A stretch of 64,000 nucleotides of DNA from Holophagaceae bacterium (GTDB lineage: Bacteria; Acidobacteriota; Holophagae; Holophagales; Holophagaceae). A model generated the notes under the pieces. That model made no database searches and had not been told where the DNA came from. It worked only from the letters and a program-made list of their open reading frames with translations. Positions 9,594 to 17,848 of this stretch are shown piece after piece (within the stretch, counting starts at the first letter, position 1; the number at the start of each line of letters is the position of its first letter). Made by a program: the position numbers and the translations under genes. The stretch lies in NCBI GenBank assembly GCA_963970155.1, contig OZ019758.1, positions 578,140 to 642,139 of the forward strand. Direction: 5' to 3'.

Positions 9594-9851
9594 GTGGTCC
9601 TTATGAATCTTGAACTAGCTCCTTTGGCCACAATGTGGCGGATTAAGTCAGTCAACGCAGACCCGACTGACCGAGACCGTGCCACGCATTTACAAGAAAT
9701 AGGATTTATACAGGGTGAGCACGTTTCGGTCTTAGCGCGCGCGTTGCCTGGAGGTGATCCGTTAGTGGTCCGTATAGGTCTATCGACTTTTGCGTTGCGA
9801 CGGGCCGAAGCCCGCTGTATTGAAATCGAACCGGATGTATCTAATGTCTGA
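9594..9851 (+). CDS. feoA: Ferrous iron transport protein A
   Basis: 85-aa FeoA-like SH3 pattern (GFIQGEHVSVLARALPGGDPLVVRIGLSTFALRRAEA). Start is GTG at 9594, or ATG at 9603. Confidence 0.75.
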   Translation: MVLMNLELAPLATMWRIKSVNADPTDRDRATHLQEIGFIQGEHVSVLARALPGGDPLVVRIGLSTFALRRAEARCIEIEPDVSNV

Positions 9852-11733
9852 CATCCAGGTGACTTCTTCGGCTAGCACACTAATAGCTTTAGTTGGAAAT
9901 CCTAATTGCGGTAAGACTGCCCTGTTTAATCTTTTAACTGGAGGTCAGCAAAAAGTTGCTAATTACGCCGGTGTAACTGTAGAACGTAAAGAAGGCCTCC
10001 TCACTGTTCATGGAGGAAAAAACCTTCGAGTTTTAGATTTACCCGGTATCTATAGTTTGATTCCGCGCTCACAGGATGAACGCATCACCTGTGACGTACT
10101 CCAGGGTCGCGTCTGGGGTGAAAAAAAGCCCGATCTTCTCGTCTGTGTACTCGACGCTACTAATTTAAGGCGTGGCCTTCGTCTTGCCTTAACCGTGAAG
10201 CGTACTGGACTCCCTTGTATAGTGGCCCTTAATATGTCGGATCTAGCGAGTCAACGTGGCCTCAATATTGACACAGACGCTTTATCTAAAGAACTGGGCT
10301 TGCCCGTAGTGAAAACTGTAGCCGTAAATACAGGGGGTGATCAGGCACTGCGCGAGTGTCTATCTCGAGAATCTTGGAATAAATTATCGTCAGCAATACC
10401 TCTCGATCAATACCAACATACTCAAGATGGCAACCAAGTGGAGGTTGACCACTTGGTTGTGAAACAGATTTTACATCGCTTAAATCTCAACCATTTAGTC
10501 CCAGATCATTTCAGTGACCGCTTAGACCGCGTTTTACTCCACCCATATCTAGGACCCTTCATCTTGGCCGGTGTACTCTTTCTTATCTTTCAAGCCGTGT
10601 TTAGTTGGGCCGCTTTGCCAATGGATCTGATTGAATCCGGAACTACTTGGTTAGCCGGGATCCTCAGGGCGAATCTCCCTAGTGTTTGGTGGCGCAGCCT
10701 CCTGACCGATGGTCTTATTGCTGGTCTAGGTGGTGTAGTCATCTTTTTGCCACAAATTCTGATCTTATTCTTTTTTATTCTCATCATGGAGGAATCGGGG
10801 TACTTACCTCGTGCAGCCTTTTTGATGGATCGCATGATGGGGTCTGTGGGCCTCTCAGGCCGATCGTTTATTCCCCTGCTCTCTAGTTTTGCGTGCGCCA
10901 TTCCCGGCATTATGTCTACCCGAACTATCGCTAATGAACGTGACCGCTTAATTACCATCTTGATAATCCCACTGATGACCTGTTCAGCCCGCTTACCCGT
11001 CTATGCATTATTAATCGGCGCTTTCATCCCCCAGAGGACCATCGGTGGGTTCGAACTTCAGGGTATTGTGCTGTTTGCTCTCTATCTTGCAGGCATTTTA
11101 GGCGCAATGCTGGTCGCTTTAGCTCTCAAGCTTCTTACACCAGCAGGCCGTCAAACTCGGCCCTTGATGATGGAATTACCAACCTACCATCGCCCCACCC
11201 TACTCAGCATTAGCCTAGGCCTCTGGCAGCGGGTAAAAATATTCATCCACCGTGTGGGGGGTATCATTCTCCTACTGACGTTGCTCTTGTGGTTTCTTGC
11301 GAGTTATCCAGCGGCACCCGTTGGAGCTACCAAAGCAGCGATCGAATACAGTTATGCTGGATGGTTAGGCCGCGGGTTACAACATATTTTTGAACCAATC
11401 GGATTCAATTGGCAGATCAGCATTGCCCTAGTCCCCGGTCTTGCTGCCCGCGAAGTGGCCGTGAGTGCCCTTGCAACCGTTTATGCGCTCTCCGGGGATA
11501 ACACTGCTGCACTGCTTACCCCAATCCTGTCTAACCAATGGAGTTTGGCGACGGCTTTATCTCTATTGGCCTGGTATGTATTCGCTCCTCAATGCATGTC
11601 GACGCTCGTCGCCATTAAACGTGAAACAGGGGGATGGAAAATGCCTTTGATCACTGGAGCCTATTTATTTGCTTTAGCTTACCTAGCTTCATTCGTCACC
11701 TACCGCGTCGCACTTTTTCTTGGGTGGGGCTGA
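9844..11733 (+). CDS. feoB: Ferrous iron transporter B
   Basis: N-terminal G-domain GNPNCGKTALFN, DLPG, NMSD, and a polytopic membrane domain. ATG at 9844 overlaps the feoA stop (ATGTCTGA). The 9790 start in the ORF track is an upstream in-frame extension. Confidence 0.9.
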   Translation: MSDIQVTSSASTLIALVGNPNCGKTALFNLLTGGQQKVANYAGVTVERKEGLLTVHGGKNLRVLDLPGIYSLIPRSQDERITCDVLQGRVWGEKKPDLLVCVLDATNLRRGLRLALTVKRTGLPCIVALNMSDLASQRGLNIDTDALSKELGLPVVKTVAVNTGGDQALRECLSRESWNKLSSAIPLDQYQHTQDGNQVEVDHLVVKQILHRLNLNHLVPDHFSDRLDRVLLHPYLGPFILAGVLFLIFQAVFSWAALPMDLIESGTTWLAGILRANLPSVWWRSLLTDGLIAGLGGVVIFLPQILILFFFILIMEESGYLPRAAFLMDRMMGSVGLSGRSFIPLLSSFACAIPGIMSTRTIANERDRLITILIIPLMTCSARLPVYALLIGAFIPQRTIGGFELQGIVLFALYLAGILGAMLVALALKLLTPAGRQTRPLMMELPTYHRPTLLSISLGLWQRVKIFIHRVGGIILLLTLLLWFLASYPAAPVGATKAAIEYSYAGWLGRGLQHIFEPIGFNWQISIALVPGLAAREVAVSALATVYALSGDNTAALLTPILSNQWSLATALSLLAWYVFAPQCMSTLVAIKRETGGWKMPLITGAYLFALAYLASFVTYRVALFLGWG

Positions 11734-11779
11734 GGTTCGATAAGTAAGGGTAAAGTATAAAAATGATTAGGTTAGATTC

Positions 11780-12640
11780 ATGAAGAATCTCAGCGCGGCT
11801 CTTTGGGTTTTGGAAAAAAAGGTTTTGAAAAATAAAGACCTATCTCAAGATCCTATTCGGTATGTTCATCAATACACCAATCCTCAAGATCAAGAACTAA
11901 TCGGATGGATTGCTGCCCATCTTTCATACGGCCGTGTAGCGGGCATCCAAAGAGCGATTGAAGGAGTGCTTAAACCCCTAGGAAATAACCCTTCAGATAA
12001 GGCCTTGGGTGCTTCAAATGGCTATTGGGTCACGGAGTATCGGGATTCTATTGAGGATTGGAAATGGAGGTTCCACAAACCGGAAGACATGATGTATTGG
12101 ATAAAAGCTTGGGTCAAGATTCATAACTCAGGAGGTCTAGAAAAACGACTGATGCCAACAAAGAAATTAAACGCAGGAGATCAATTAGGTTTATTAATCG
12201 AGAACCTACGAAAAGGGTTACCCATGACTTATGGGCTTCGGTTCAATCTGCCGAACCCAGCGGAGGGCTCTGCGGCTAAGCGTTGGAGGATGATGATGCG
12301 ATGGTTTGTACGCTCGGGGTGGCCCGACCTCGGAATTTGGAAGGAATACCCAGCGGAGGATCTCGTCATACCCGTAGATGTCCATATAGCTCGCATCACT
12401 CGATACTTAGGCATCCACAATCAGAAGGAAATTAACAACTCTTTGGCGGTCTGCATTACTGAAGCCCTAAAAACAGTTGACCGAAGGGATCCTTTACGCT
12501 TCGACTACCCCCTTGCCCATATGGGTATAGGGGGAAATTGTCCCCTTAATTTGAATCGAGAAATTTGTACGGTATGCCCTTTATACGAAGTTTGCCTTCG
12601 CCCGAAGGGTTCCCCACATAAAAGAACAGAAGACGCCTAG
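11780..12640 (+). CDS. TIGR02757/DUF2400 family protein (HhH-GPD/EndoIII-like fold suspected)
   Basis: Pattern AAHLSYGRV, KRWRMMMRWFVR, IPVDVHIARI, DPLRFDYPL matches my recollection of DUF2400. C-terminal Cys cluster C-x9-C-x2-C-x5-C. Confidence 0.6.
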   Translation: MKNLSAALWVLEKKVLKNKDLSQDPIRYVHQYTNPQDQELIGWIAAHLSYGRVAGIQRAIEGVLKPLGNNPSDKALGASNGYWVTEYRDSIEDWKWRFHKPEDMMYWIKAWVKIHNSGGLEKRLMPTKKLNAGDQLGLLIENLRKGLPMTYGLRFNLPNPAEGSAAKRWRMMMRWFVRSGWPDLGIWKEYPAEDLVIPVDVHIARITRYLGIHNQKEINNSLAVCITEALKTVDRRDPLRFDYPLAHMGIGGNCPLNLNREICTVCPLYEVCLRPKGSPHKRTEDA

Positions 12641-12673
12641 GTATCGATATAACGAATATTTAGCCCCTATGAA

Positions 12674-12704
12674 TGCACCTTTTTGACAGCAGGTTAAAGG
12701 TGCA
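12674..12704 (+). terminator. Hairpin downstream of the DUF2400 gene (possible terminator without U-tract)
   Basis: TGCACCTTT (12674-12682) pairs perfectly with AAAGGTGCA (12696-12704), with a 13-nt loop. It is followed by an A-rich tract, not a T-rich one. Confidence 0.3.
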
Positions 12705-12906
12705 CAAAAATAAGCAAAAAAGTCATAAAAATACCTAAAGATACCCCCTTGACGGCACAACGCATAGGGGTGATTCTACTAAGCCGACCCCACCCCTTGC
12801 GGTACGGGTCTCGGGTGTGCCAGAAATACTAAACTTTTATTTAGCTAAAAATTAAACACAAATTAACGGAATATCCACTTCTTTCACTCATCAAGGAACT
12901 AGCCAC

Positions 12907-15900
12907 ATGAAGATCACAAGACACTTTACGATCGAAGGTCAAGACGCTCTGAAAGGTATCAATTTTGTTCCTCGTGTGAGCCGTATATCGAAACTTGACG
13001 GAACAATTGTTTTCGAAGCGAAAGATGTTTTGGTTCCTGATTTTTGGTCTCAAGTCGCTGTAGATATTTTGGCTCAAAAATATTTCCGCCGAAAAGGTAT
13101 CAACGCACAAAATGGTGGAGAGACAGATTCCAGACAAGTTTTTCACAGGCTTGCAGGATGCTGGAGACACTGGGGAGAGACCCATGGCTATTTCGATTCT
13201 GCCCAGGATGGACAAGCCTTTTATGATGAATTGGTATATATGTTGGCAAAGCAAATGTGTGCTCCCAATTCGCCTCAATGGTTTAATACCGGTCTTCATT
13301 TTGCCTATGGCATCGAAGGTCCAGCTCAGGGTCATTCTTATGTAGATTCCAAAACGGGTAAGCTCAAAAAGTCTCTTAACGCCTATGAGCGTCCTCAACC
13401 TCATGCATGTTTCATCCAAAGTGTTTCAGATGACCTCGTTAATCCGGGAGGCATCATGGATCTTTGGACTCGAGAAGCTCGCATTTTCAAATACGGGTCG
13501 GGTACTGGGTCAAACTTTTCCAAGGTTCGTGGATCTGAAGAACCCCTCAGTGGAGGTGGAAAATCATCGGGTCTTATGAGTTTTCTAGCGGTGGGTGATC
13601 GAGCAGCTGGGGCCATTAAAAGTGGGGGGACAACTCGAAGAGCGGCCAAGATGGTCTGCTTGGATTTAGACCATCCCGATATCGAAACATTCATTGATTG
13701 GAAAGTAATCGAAGAACAAAAGGTAGCTATGTTGGCAGCAGGAAGCCACTTATGCAAAAAAGCGTGGGACCATCTTTGCGCCACAGTGGAGACGTCGACC
13801 ACCCAAGACTCGAACCCTAAAACCAATGAGGCACTTCGAAAAGCGCTAGCTACTGCAAAAAAAGAAGGAGTGCCCGCCGCTTTTCTTTCTCAGTGTCTAG
13901 GTCGCCTCGATCTAAAGGACTTTGACCGCAACATCAATCAGTACGATACGAGTTGGGATGGCGAAGGCTATATGAGTGTCACGGGAATGAACTCAAATAA
14001 TTCCATTCGTATTCCAGACTCCTTTATGAGAGCTCTTGAGGTCGACGGAGATTGGGATCTCAAACGCCGAGTAGACGGAAAAGTACATAAAAGCCTTAGA
14101 GCCAAGGATTTATGGAAAAAAGTTAATCGGGCTGCTTGGGCGTGCGCTGACCCTGGAATCCAATTCGATACAACCATTAATGATTGGCACACCTGCCCTC
14201 AGGATGGCCGCATCAATGCAAGTAATCCCTGCTCTGAATACATGTTCTTGGATGATACGGCTTGTAATCTAGCGTCGCTGAATCTTTGTACATTCCTGAC
14301 GGCCGATGGTGGTTTTGATTTAGAGGGCTACCGTCATGGCGTAAAAATATGGACCATTGTTCTCGAGATTTCGGTTTTGATGGCTCAATTTCCAAGTGAC
14401 CCCATTGCTCAACTTTCTTATGAATTCCGAACACTAGGTCTTGGATACGCAAATCTAGGGGCTATGTTAATGCGTATGGGTATTCCTTACGATTCTCCGG
14501 AGGGTACACAATGGTGCGCTTCACTGACGGCCATTCTAACGGGTGATTCCTATGCAACATCAGCCGCAATGGCTTCAGAATTAGGACCTTTCCCTAAGTA
14601 TTCACAAAACTCCGAAAATATGCTTCGAGTTATCCGTAATCATCGTCGTGCAGCCTACAACGCCCCCGAGAAGGAATACGAATCTCTCAGTGTCCCTCCC
14701 CAGGGACTCAATGGTAAAGGTGTTCCCAAGCGCATGCTCGAGGCCTCCCGTGAAAGTTGGGATAAGGCCCTAGAACTTGGAGAAAAGTACGGTTATCGCA
14801 ATGCGCAAGTCACTGTTCTAGCACCTACCGGGACCATCGGTCTCTTGATGGATTGCGATACGACGGGGGTTGAACCTGACTTCGCATTAGTCAAATTTAA
14901 AAAACTAGCTGGTGGAGGATATTTCAAGCTAGTTAATTCGGCCATTCCAGAAGCCTTAGCTCGGTTGGGGTATTCCCCTTCTGAGATCAAAGAAATCGAG
15001 CGCTATGTGGTGGGTTGGTTGGATATCACCAATGAAACACCCGGTATTTCAAGGGCCAACATGCTCGACAATGGCTGGTCGCAAGAAGAAATTTCGCATC
15101 TTGAACTTCAGTTAAAGTCAGCCTTTGACCCTTCTTTTGTTGTTGATCTCGATCGCCTCAAAAAGCACTTTGCCCAAGATCGTATTGATACGTTTATCCA
15201 AGCTCTCACGGGAACGATGACTGTAGAAGGATCTCCTTACCTACGCGATGAGCATCTTGCAATTTTTGATTGCGCAAATCGCTGTGGCCGAACAGGCAGG
15301 CGCTATATTGCTCCCGAAGGCCATCTTCGTATGATGGGTGCGGCTCAACCATTCTTAAGTGGCGCCATTAGTAAGACCATCAATCTTCCTGCCGAATCGA
15401 CGGTCGAAGATGTAGCTCGAATTTATGAGACCTCGTGGAAATTAATGTTAAAAGCTGTCGCCCTTTATCGCGATGGATCAAAGATGAGCCAAGCTATGGC
15501 AACTAATCTGGATCTACTCGACGGTCTTGAGTCGATGGCTGAGCCCCAAATGACAAATGCTGAAAAAACACCGATTTTGGCCCAAGCCCTCGCTCAGCAG
15601 GTGGTCCGAACCTACCAACGAAGACTGCCCAGTCGTCGAGGAGGCTATACCCAAGGCGTAACCATCGGCGGGACCAAATTATATCTCCGAACAGGTGAAT
15701 ATGAGGATGGCGCTCTTGGGGAAATCTTTTTGGATATCCATAAAGAAGGTGCAGCATTCAGGAGTTTGTTAAATTGTTTTGCCATCTCGGTCAGCATGGG
15801 CCTCCAGCATGGAGTCCCCCTAGAGGAATTCTGTGAGGCCTTCCTCTTCACACGCTTTGAACCCAATGGCATGGTCATGGGAAGTGAAAAAATAAAAATC

Positions 15901-16314
15901 ACCACCTCGCTAATTGATTTCATCTTCAGAGAGCTTGCCATTACTTATTTAGGTCGACACGACTTGGCTCACGTCGACGAAGAAGCTTTGGATTCTGAAG
16001 TTCATAAAAAACCCGAGAACTTAGCACCGTTCTCGATGGCTACCAAAGAATTAGTCCATGGAACCCCACTGCCCTTTGATAGGGGTAACGCAGAGCCGCC
16101 TACGGCAGCCTCCCCCATCGCGCAAGTAGTTCAGCCCCAGCTCGTTACAGTTTCTTCTGGCCATTCAACTAAGCAACAGGCTTCACCCTCACAACTGGCT
16201 AAAGAGAAGGGTTACACCGGGGATCCATGTCCTGAATGTGGTCATTTAACCCTAGTCCGCAATGGCGCTTGTATGAAGTGTCAGACCTGTGGCGCTACAA
16301 CAGGCTGCAGCTAA
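12907..16314 (+). CDS. nrdJ: Adenosylcobalamin-dependent ribonucleoside-diphosphate/triphosphate reductase (class II RNR)
   Basis: 1135 aa. Class II RNR blocks (NPCSEY, LGYANLG, TGTIG, AISKTINLP) and a C-terminal zinc ribbon CPECG...CMKCQTCG. Confidence 0.9.
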   Translation: MKITRHFTIEGQDALKGINFVPRVSRISKLDGTIVFEAKDVLVPDFWSQVAVDILAQKYFRRKGINAQNGGETDSRQVFHRLAGCWRHWGETHGYFDSAQDGQAFYDELVYMLAKQMCAPNSPQWFNTGLHFAYGIEGPAQGHSYVDSKTGKLKKSLNAYERPQPHACFIQSVSDDLVNPGGIMDLWTREARIFKYGSGTGSNFSKVRGSEEPLSGGGKSSGLMSFLAVGDRAAGAIKSGGTTRRAAKMVCLDLDHPDIETFIDWKVIEEQKVAMLAAGSHLCKKAWDHLCATVETSTTQDSNPKTNEALRKALATAKKEGVPAAFLSQCLGRLDLKDFDRNINQYDTSWDGEGYMSVTGMNSNNSIRIPDSFMRALEVDGDWDLKRRVDGKVHKSLRAKDLWKKVNRAAWACADPGIQFDTTINDWHTCPQDGRINASNPCSEYMFLDDTACNLASLNLCTFLTADGGFDLEGYRHGVKIWTIVLEISVLMAQFPSDPIAQLSYEFRTLGLGYANLGAMLMRMGIPYDSPEGTQWCASLTAILTGDSYATSAAMASELGPFPKYSQNSENMLRVIRNHRRAAYNAPEKEYESLSVPPQGLNGKGVPKRMLEASRESWDKALELGEKYGYRNAQVTVLAPTGTIGLLMDCDTTGVEPDFALVKFKKLAGGGYFKLVNSAIPEALARLGYSPSEIKEIERYVVGWLDITNETPGISRANMLDNGWSQEEISHLELQLKSAFDPSFVVDLDRLKKHFAQDRIDTFIQALTGTMTVEGSPYLRDEHLAIFDCANRCGRTGRRYIAPEGHLRMMGAAQPFLSGAISKTINLPAESTVEDVARIYETSWKLMLKAVALYRDGSKMSQAMATNLDLLDGLESMAEPQMTNAEKTPILAQALAQQVVRTYQRRLPSRRGGYTQGVTIGGTKLYLRTGEYEDGALGEIFLDIHKEGAAFRSLLNCFAISVSMGLQHGVPLEEFCEAFLFTRFEPNGMVMGSEKIKITTSLIDFIFRELAITYLGRHDLAHVDEEALDSEVHKKPENLAPFSMATKELVHGTPLPFDRGNAEPPTAASPIAQVVQPQLVTVSSGHSTKQQASPSQLAKEKGYTGDPCPECGHLTLVRNGACMKCQTCGATTGCS

Positions 16315-16338
16315 CCTTCCCATTAACTTTATGTCGAA

Positions 16339-16367
16339 CAAAAAAAGCCCCTTTGGGGCTTTTTTTT
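16339..16367. terminator. Bidirectional rho-independent terminator between convergent nrdJ and mdh
   Basis: A-run, GCCCC (16347-51), TTT loop, GGGGC (16355-59), T-run 16360-16367. Confidence 0.8.
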
Positions 16368-16384
16368 GACATTGGGCCTTCTTT

Positions 16385-17368
16385 TTAAAGAAGCCCTAGG
16401 GCAAGAATAGTATCGCGTTCTTCGAGAAGTTCGTCTGTGGTCACCTTGATTCGACTAGCCGCAAATTCGTTGAACTCAAATCCTGGGACAATCATGACCT
16501 TTGAGTCTTTTGAAACGCAAGGAAATCCAAACATTAAATCAGAGGGAATGCCATAACTGCCATCGGAGCAGAGAGCCATCGAAACACTTCCCTGGGGTGT
16601 GCCTAGAGCCCAATCACGCATATGGTCAATAGCAGCATTAGCGGCTGAGGCAGCGCTTGAAAGCCCCCGGGCCTCGATGATGGCTGCCCCTCTCTTGGCG
16701 ACAGTTGGCAAGAAATAGTGCTCATACCATGAGGGATCCTGGATTTGTTCAATTGCAGGTTTGCCATCCACCCTGCAATTGAACAAATCAGGAAACTGAG
16801 TGGAACTATGATTTCCCCAAACCGTCATTTGTGTCACCTGCGATACACCCACATTTAAATGATCGGCCAACTGAGCTACTGCACGATTATGGTCCAAACG
16901 CATCATGGCATGAAATTGATCCGGTCTCAGATTAGGCGCATTTTTTAGAGCAATAAGGGCATTCGTATTAGCGGGATTACCCACGACCAAGACCTTGACG
17001 TTTCGATCCGCGACTTCATTGAGGGCAAATCCTTGCGGTTTAAAAATACCGCCATTGGCACTCAAGAGATCGGCACGCTCCATCCCAGCCTTGCGAGGCA
17101 TCGCCCCCACCAAGAGAGCGTAGTGAGTGCCTTTGAAAGCCTCGAGTGGGTTATCGCTGATCTCGATACCAGCTAATAGAGGAAAAGCCCCATCCTGGAG
17201 TTCCATAACAACACCCTGGAGGGCTTTTAAAGCGGGTGTTATCTCAAGTAACTGAAGGATCACCGGTTGGTCGGGGCCAAGCATAGATCCAGAAGCAATG
17301 CGAAACAAGAGACTATAGCCAATTTGTCCTGCTGCGCCCGTAATGGCAACCCGTACTGGTGCTTTCAT
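16385..17368 (-). CDS. mdh: Malate dehydrogenase (NAD-dependent, LDH-like cytosolic type)
   Basis: [23 protein letters not shown] Rossmann N-terminus, GNPANTNA, 327 aa. Confidence 0.9.
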   Translation of the reverse strand: MKAPVRVAITGAAGQIGYSLLFRIASGSMLGPDQPVILQLLEITPALKALQGVVMELQDGAFPLLAGIEISDNPLEAFKGTHYALLVGAMPRKAGMERADLLSANGGIFKPQGFALNEVADRNVKVLVVGNPANTNALIALKNAPNLRPDQFHAMMRLDHNRAVAQLADHLNVGVSQVTQMTVWGNHSSTQFPDLFNCRVDGKPAIEQIQDPSWYEHYFLPTVAKRGAAIIEARGLSSAASAANAAIDHMRDWALGTPQGSVSMALCSDGSYGIPSDLMFGFPCVSKDSKVMIVPGFEFNEFAASRIKVTTDELLEERDTILALGLL

Positions 17369-17444
17369 GATACGAACTCCTCGAAACTATGAATATTTAA
17401 GTTTAACTTAAAGAGAACAATGTTCGAGGTTTGCATATTTAAGA

Positions 17445-17804
17445 TTAATAGGACATTCCTTGCAATAGAATCCCGACACTGATGAGAATCAGAGCTACCC
17501 AGCGAAGCATTGGGATTGATTCAGACAAGAAGAAATAAGCAAGGAGGCCGTTGAGAATAAATCCAAGGGCTAAAAATGGGTAAGCGAAACTGACTGGGAC
17601 AAGAGACAGAGCCTTGAGCCAAACAAGAAGGCTTACTCCATAACAAGTCAAGCCCGCCCAAAACCAAGGGATGCCAAGGAGAGGCAGAAAAGCTGACAGA
17701 CTATCAATTGAAATATGTCCTAGACCCCGCTTTAAGAACACTTGTGCCAAGGCATTCAGGGTCACCGAAGCAATGATCCAAGGTAGCGCTCTTAGTGAGT
17801 CCAT
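17445..17804 (-). CDS. Small EamA/SMR-like 4-TM membrane protein (ArnE/ArnF-like candidate polyprenyl-phosphate-sugar flippase subunit)
   Basis: 119 aa with four hydrophobic helices, located immediately downstream of ArnT-like genes. Confidence 0.5.
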   Translation of the reverse strand: MDSLRALPWIIASVTLNALAQVFLKRGLGHISIDSLSAFLPLLGIPWFWAGLTCYGVSLLVWLKALSLVPVSFAYPFLALGFILNGLLAYFFLSESIPMLRWVALILISVGILLQGMSY

Positions 17805-17848
17805 AAACCCCTTCCTAGAATGAGACTACCCTTAACTCGAGAGAATTT

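Noticed and set aside
9790-9843. N-terminal extensions in the ORF track for feoB (9790), bshB (30288), ubiA-like (40243), small membrane gene A (41484), cca (45618) and ArnT-like (22106).
   Set aside because: In each case the extension overlaps the upstream gene. A downstream start gives a canonical 4-nt coupling overlap or a strong SD, and matches the family or paralog N-terminus.
12744-12822. Cobalamin riboswitch, or NrdR boxes, in the nrdJ leader.
   Set aside because: GGTGATTC and GCCGACC loosely recall the B12-riboswitch core and B12 box, but the element is far too short and lacks the full conserved core. B12 riboswitches also normally repress B12-independent isozymes, not nrdJ. No pair of ACAC.A.ATAT..GTGT-type NrdR palindromes is present. 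I keep it only as an unclassified structured island.
12841-13419. 192-aa minus-strand ORF overlapping the nrdJ leader and 5' coding region.
   Set aside because: It is antisense to a very confidently identified gene, has no recognisable motifs or RBS, and its composition is typical of shadow ORFs opposite a coding frame.
17379-17429. Nested inverted repeats in the spacer before mdh: CCTCGAA/TTCGAGG enclosing TTTAAGT-tta-ACTTAAA.
   Set aside because: The inner stem is AT-only with a 3-nt loop and the outer stem is only 7 bp across a long loop. There is no U-tract. It is likely weak or fortuitous, and I cannot support a function.
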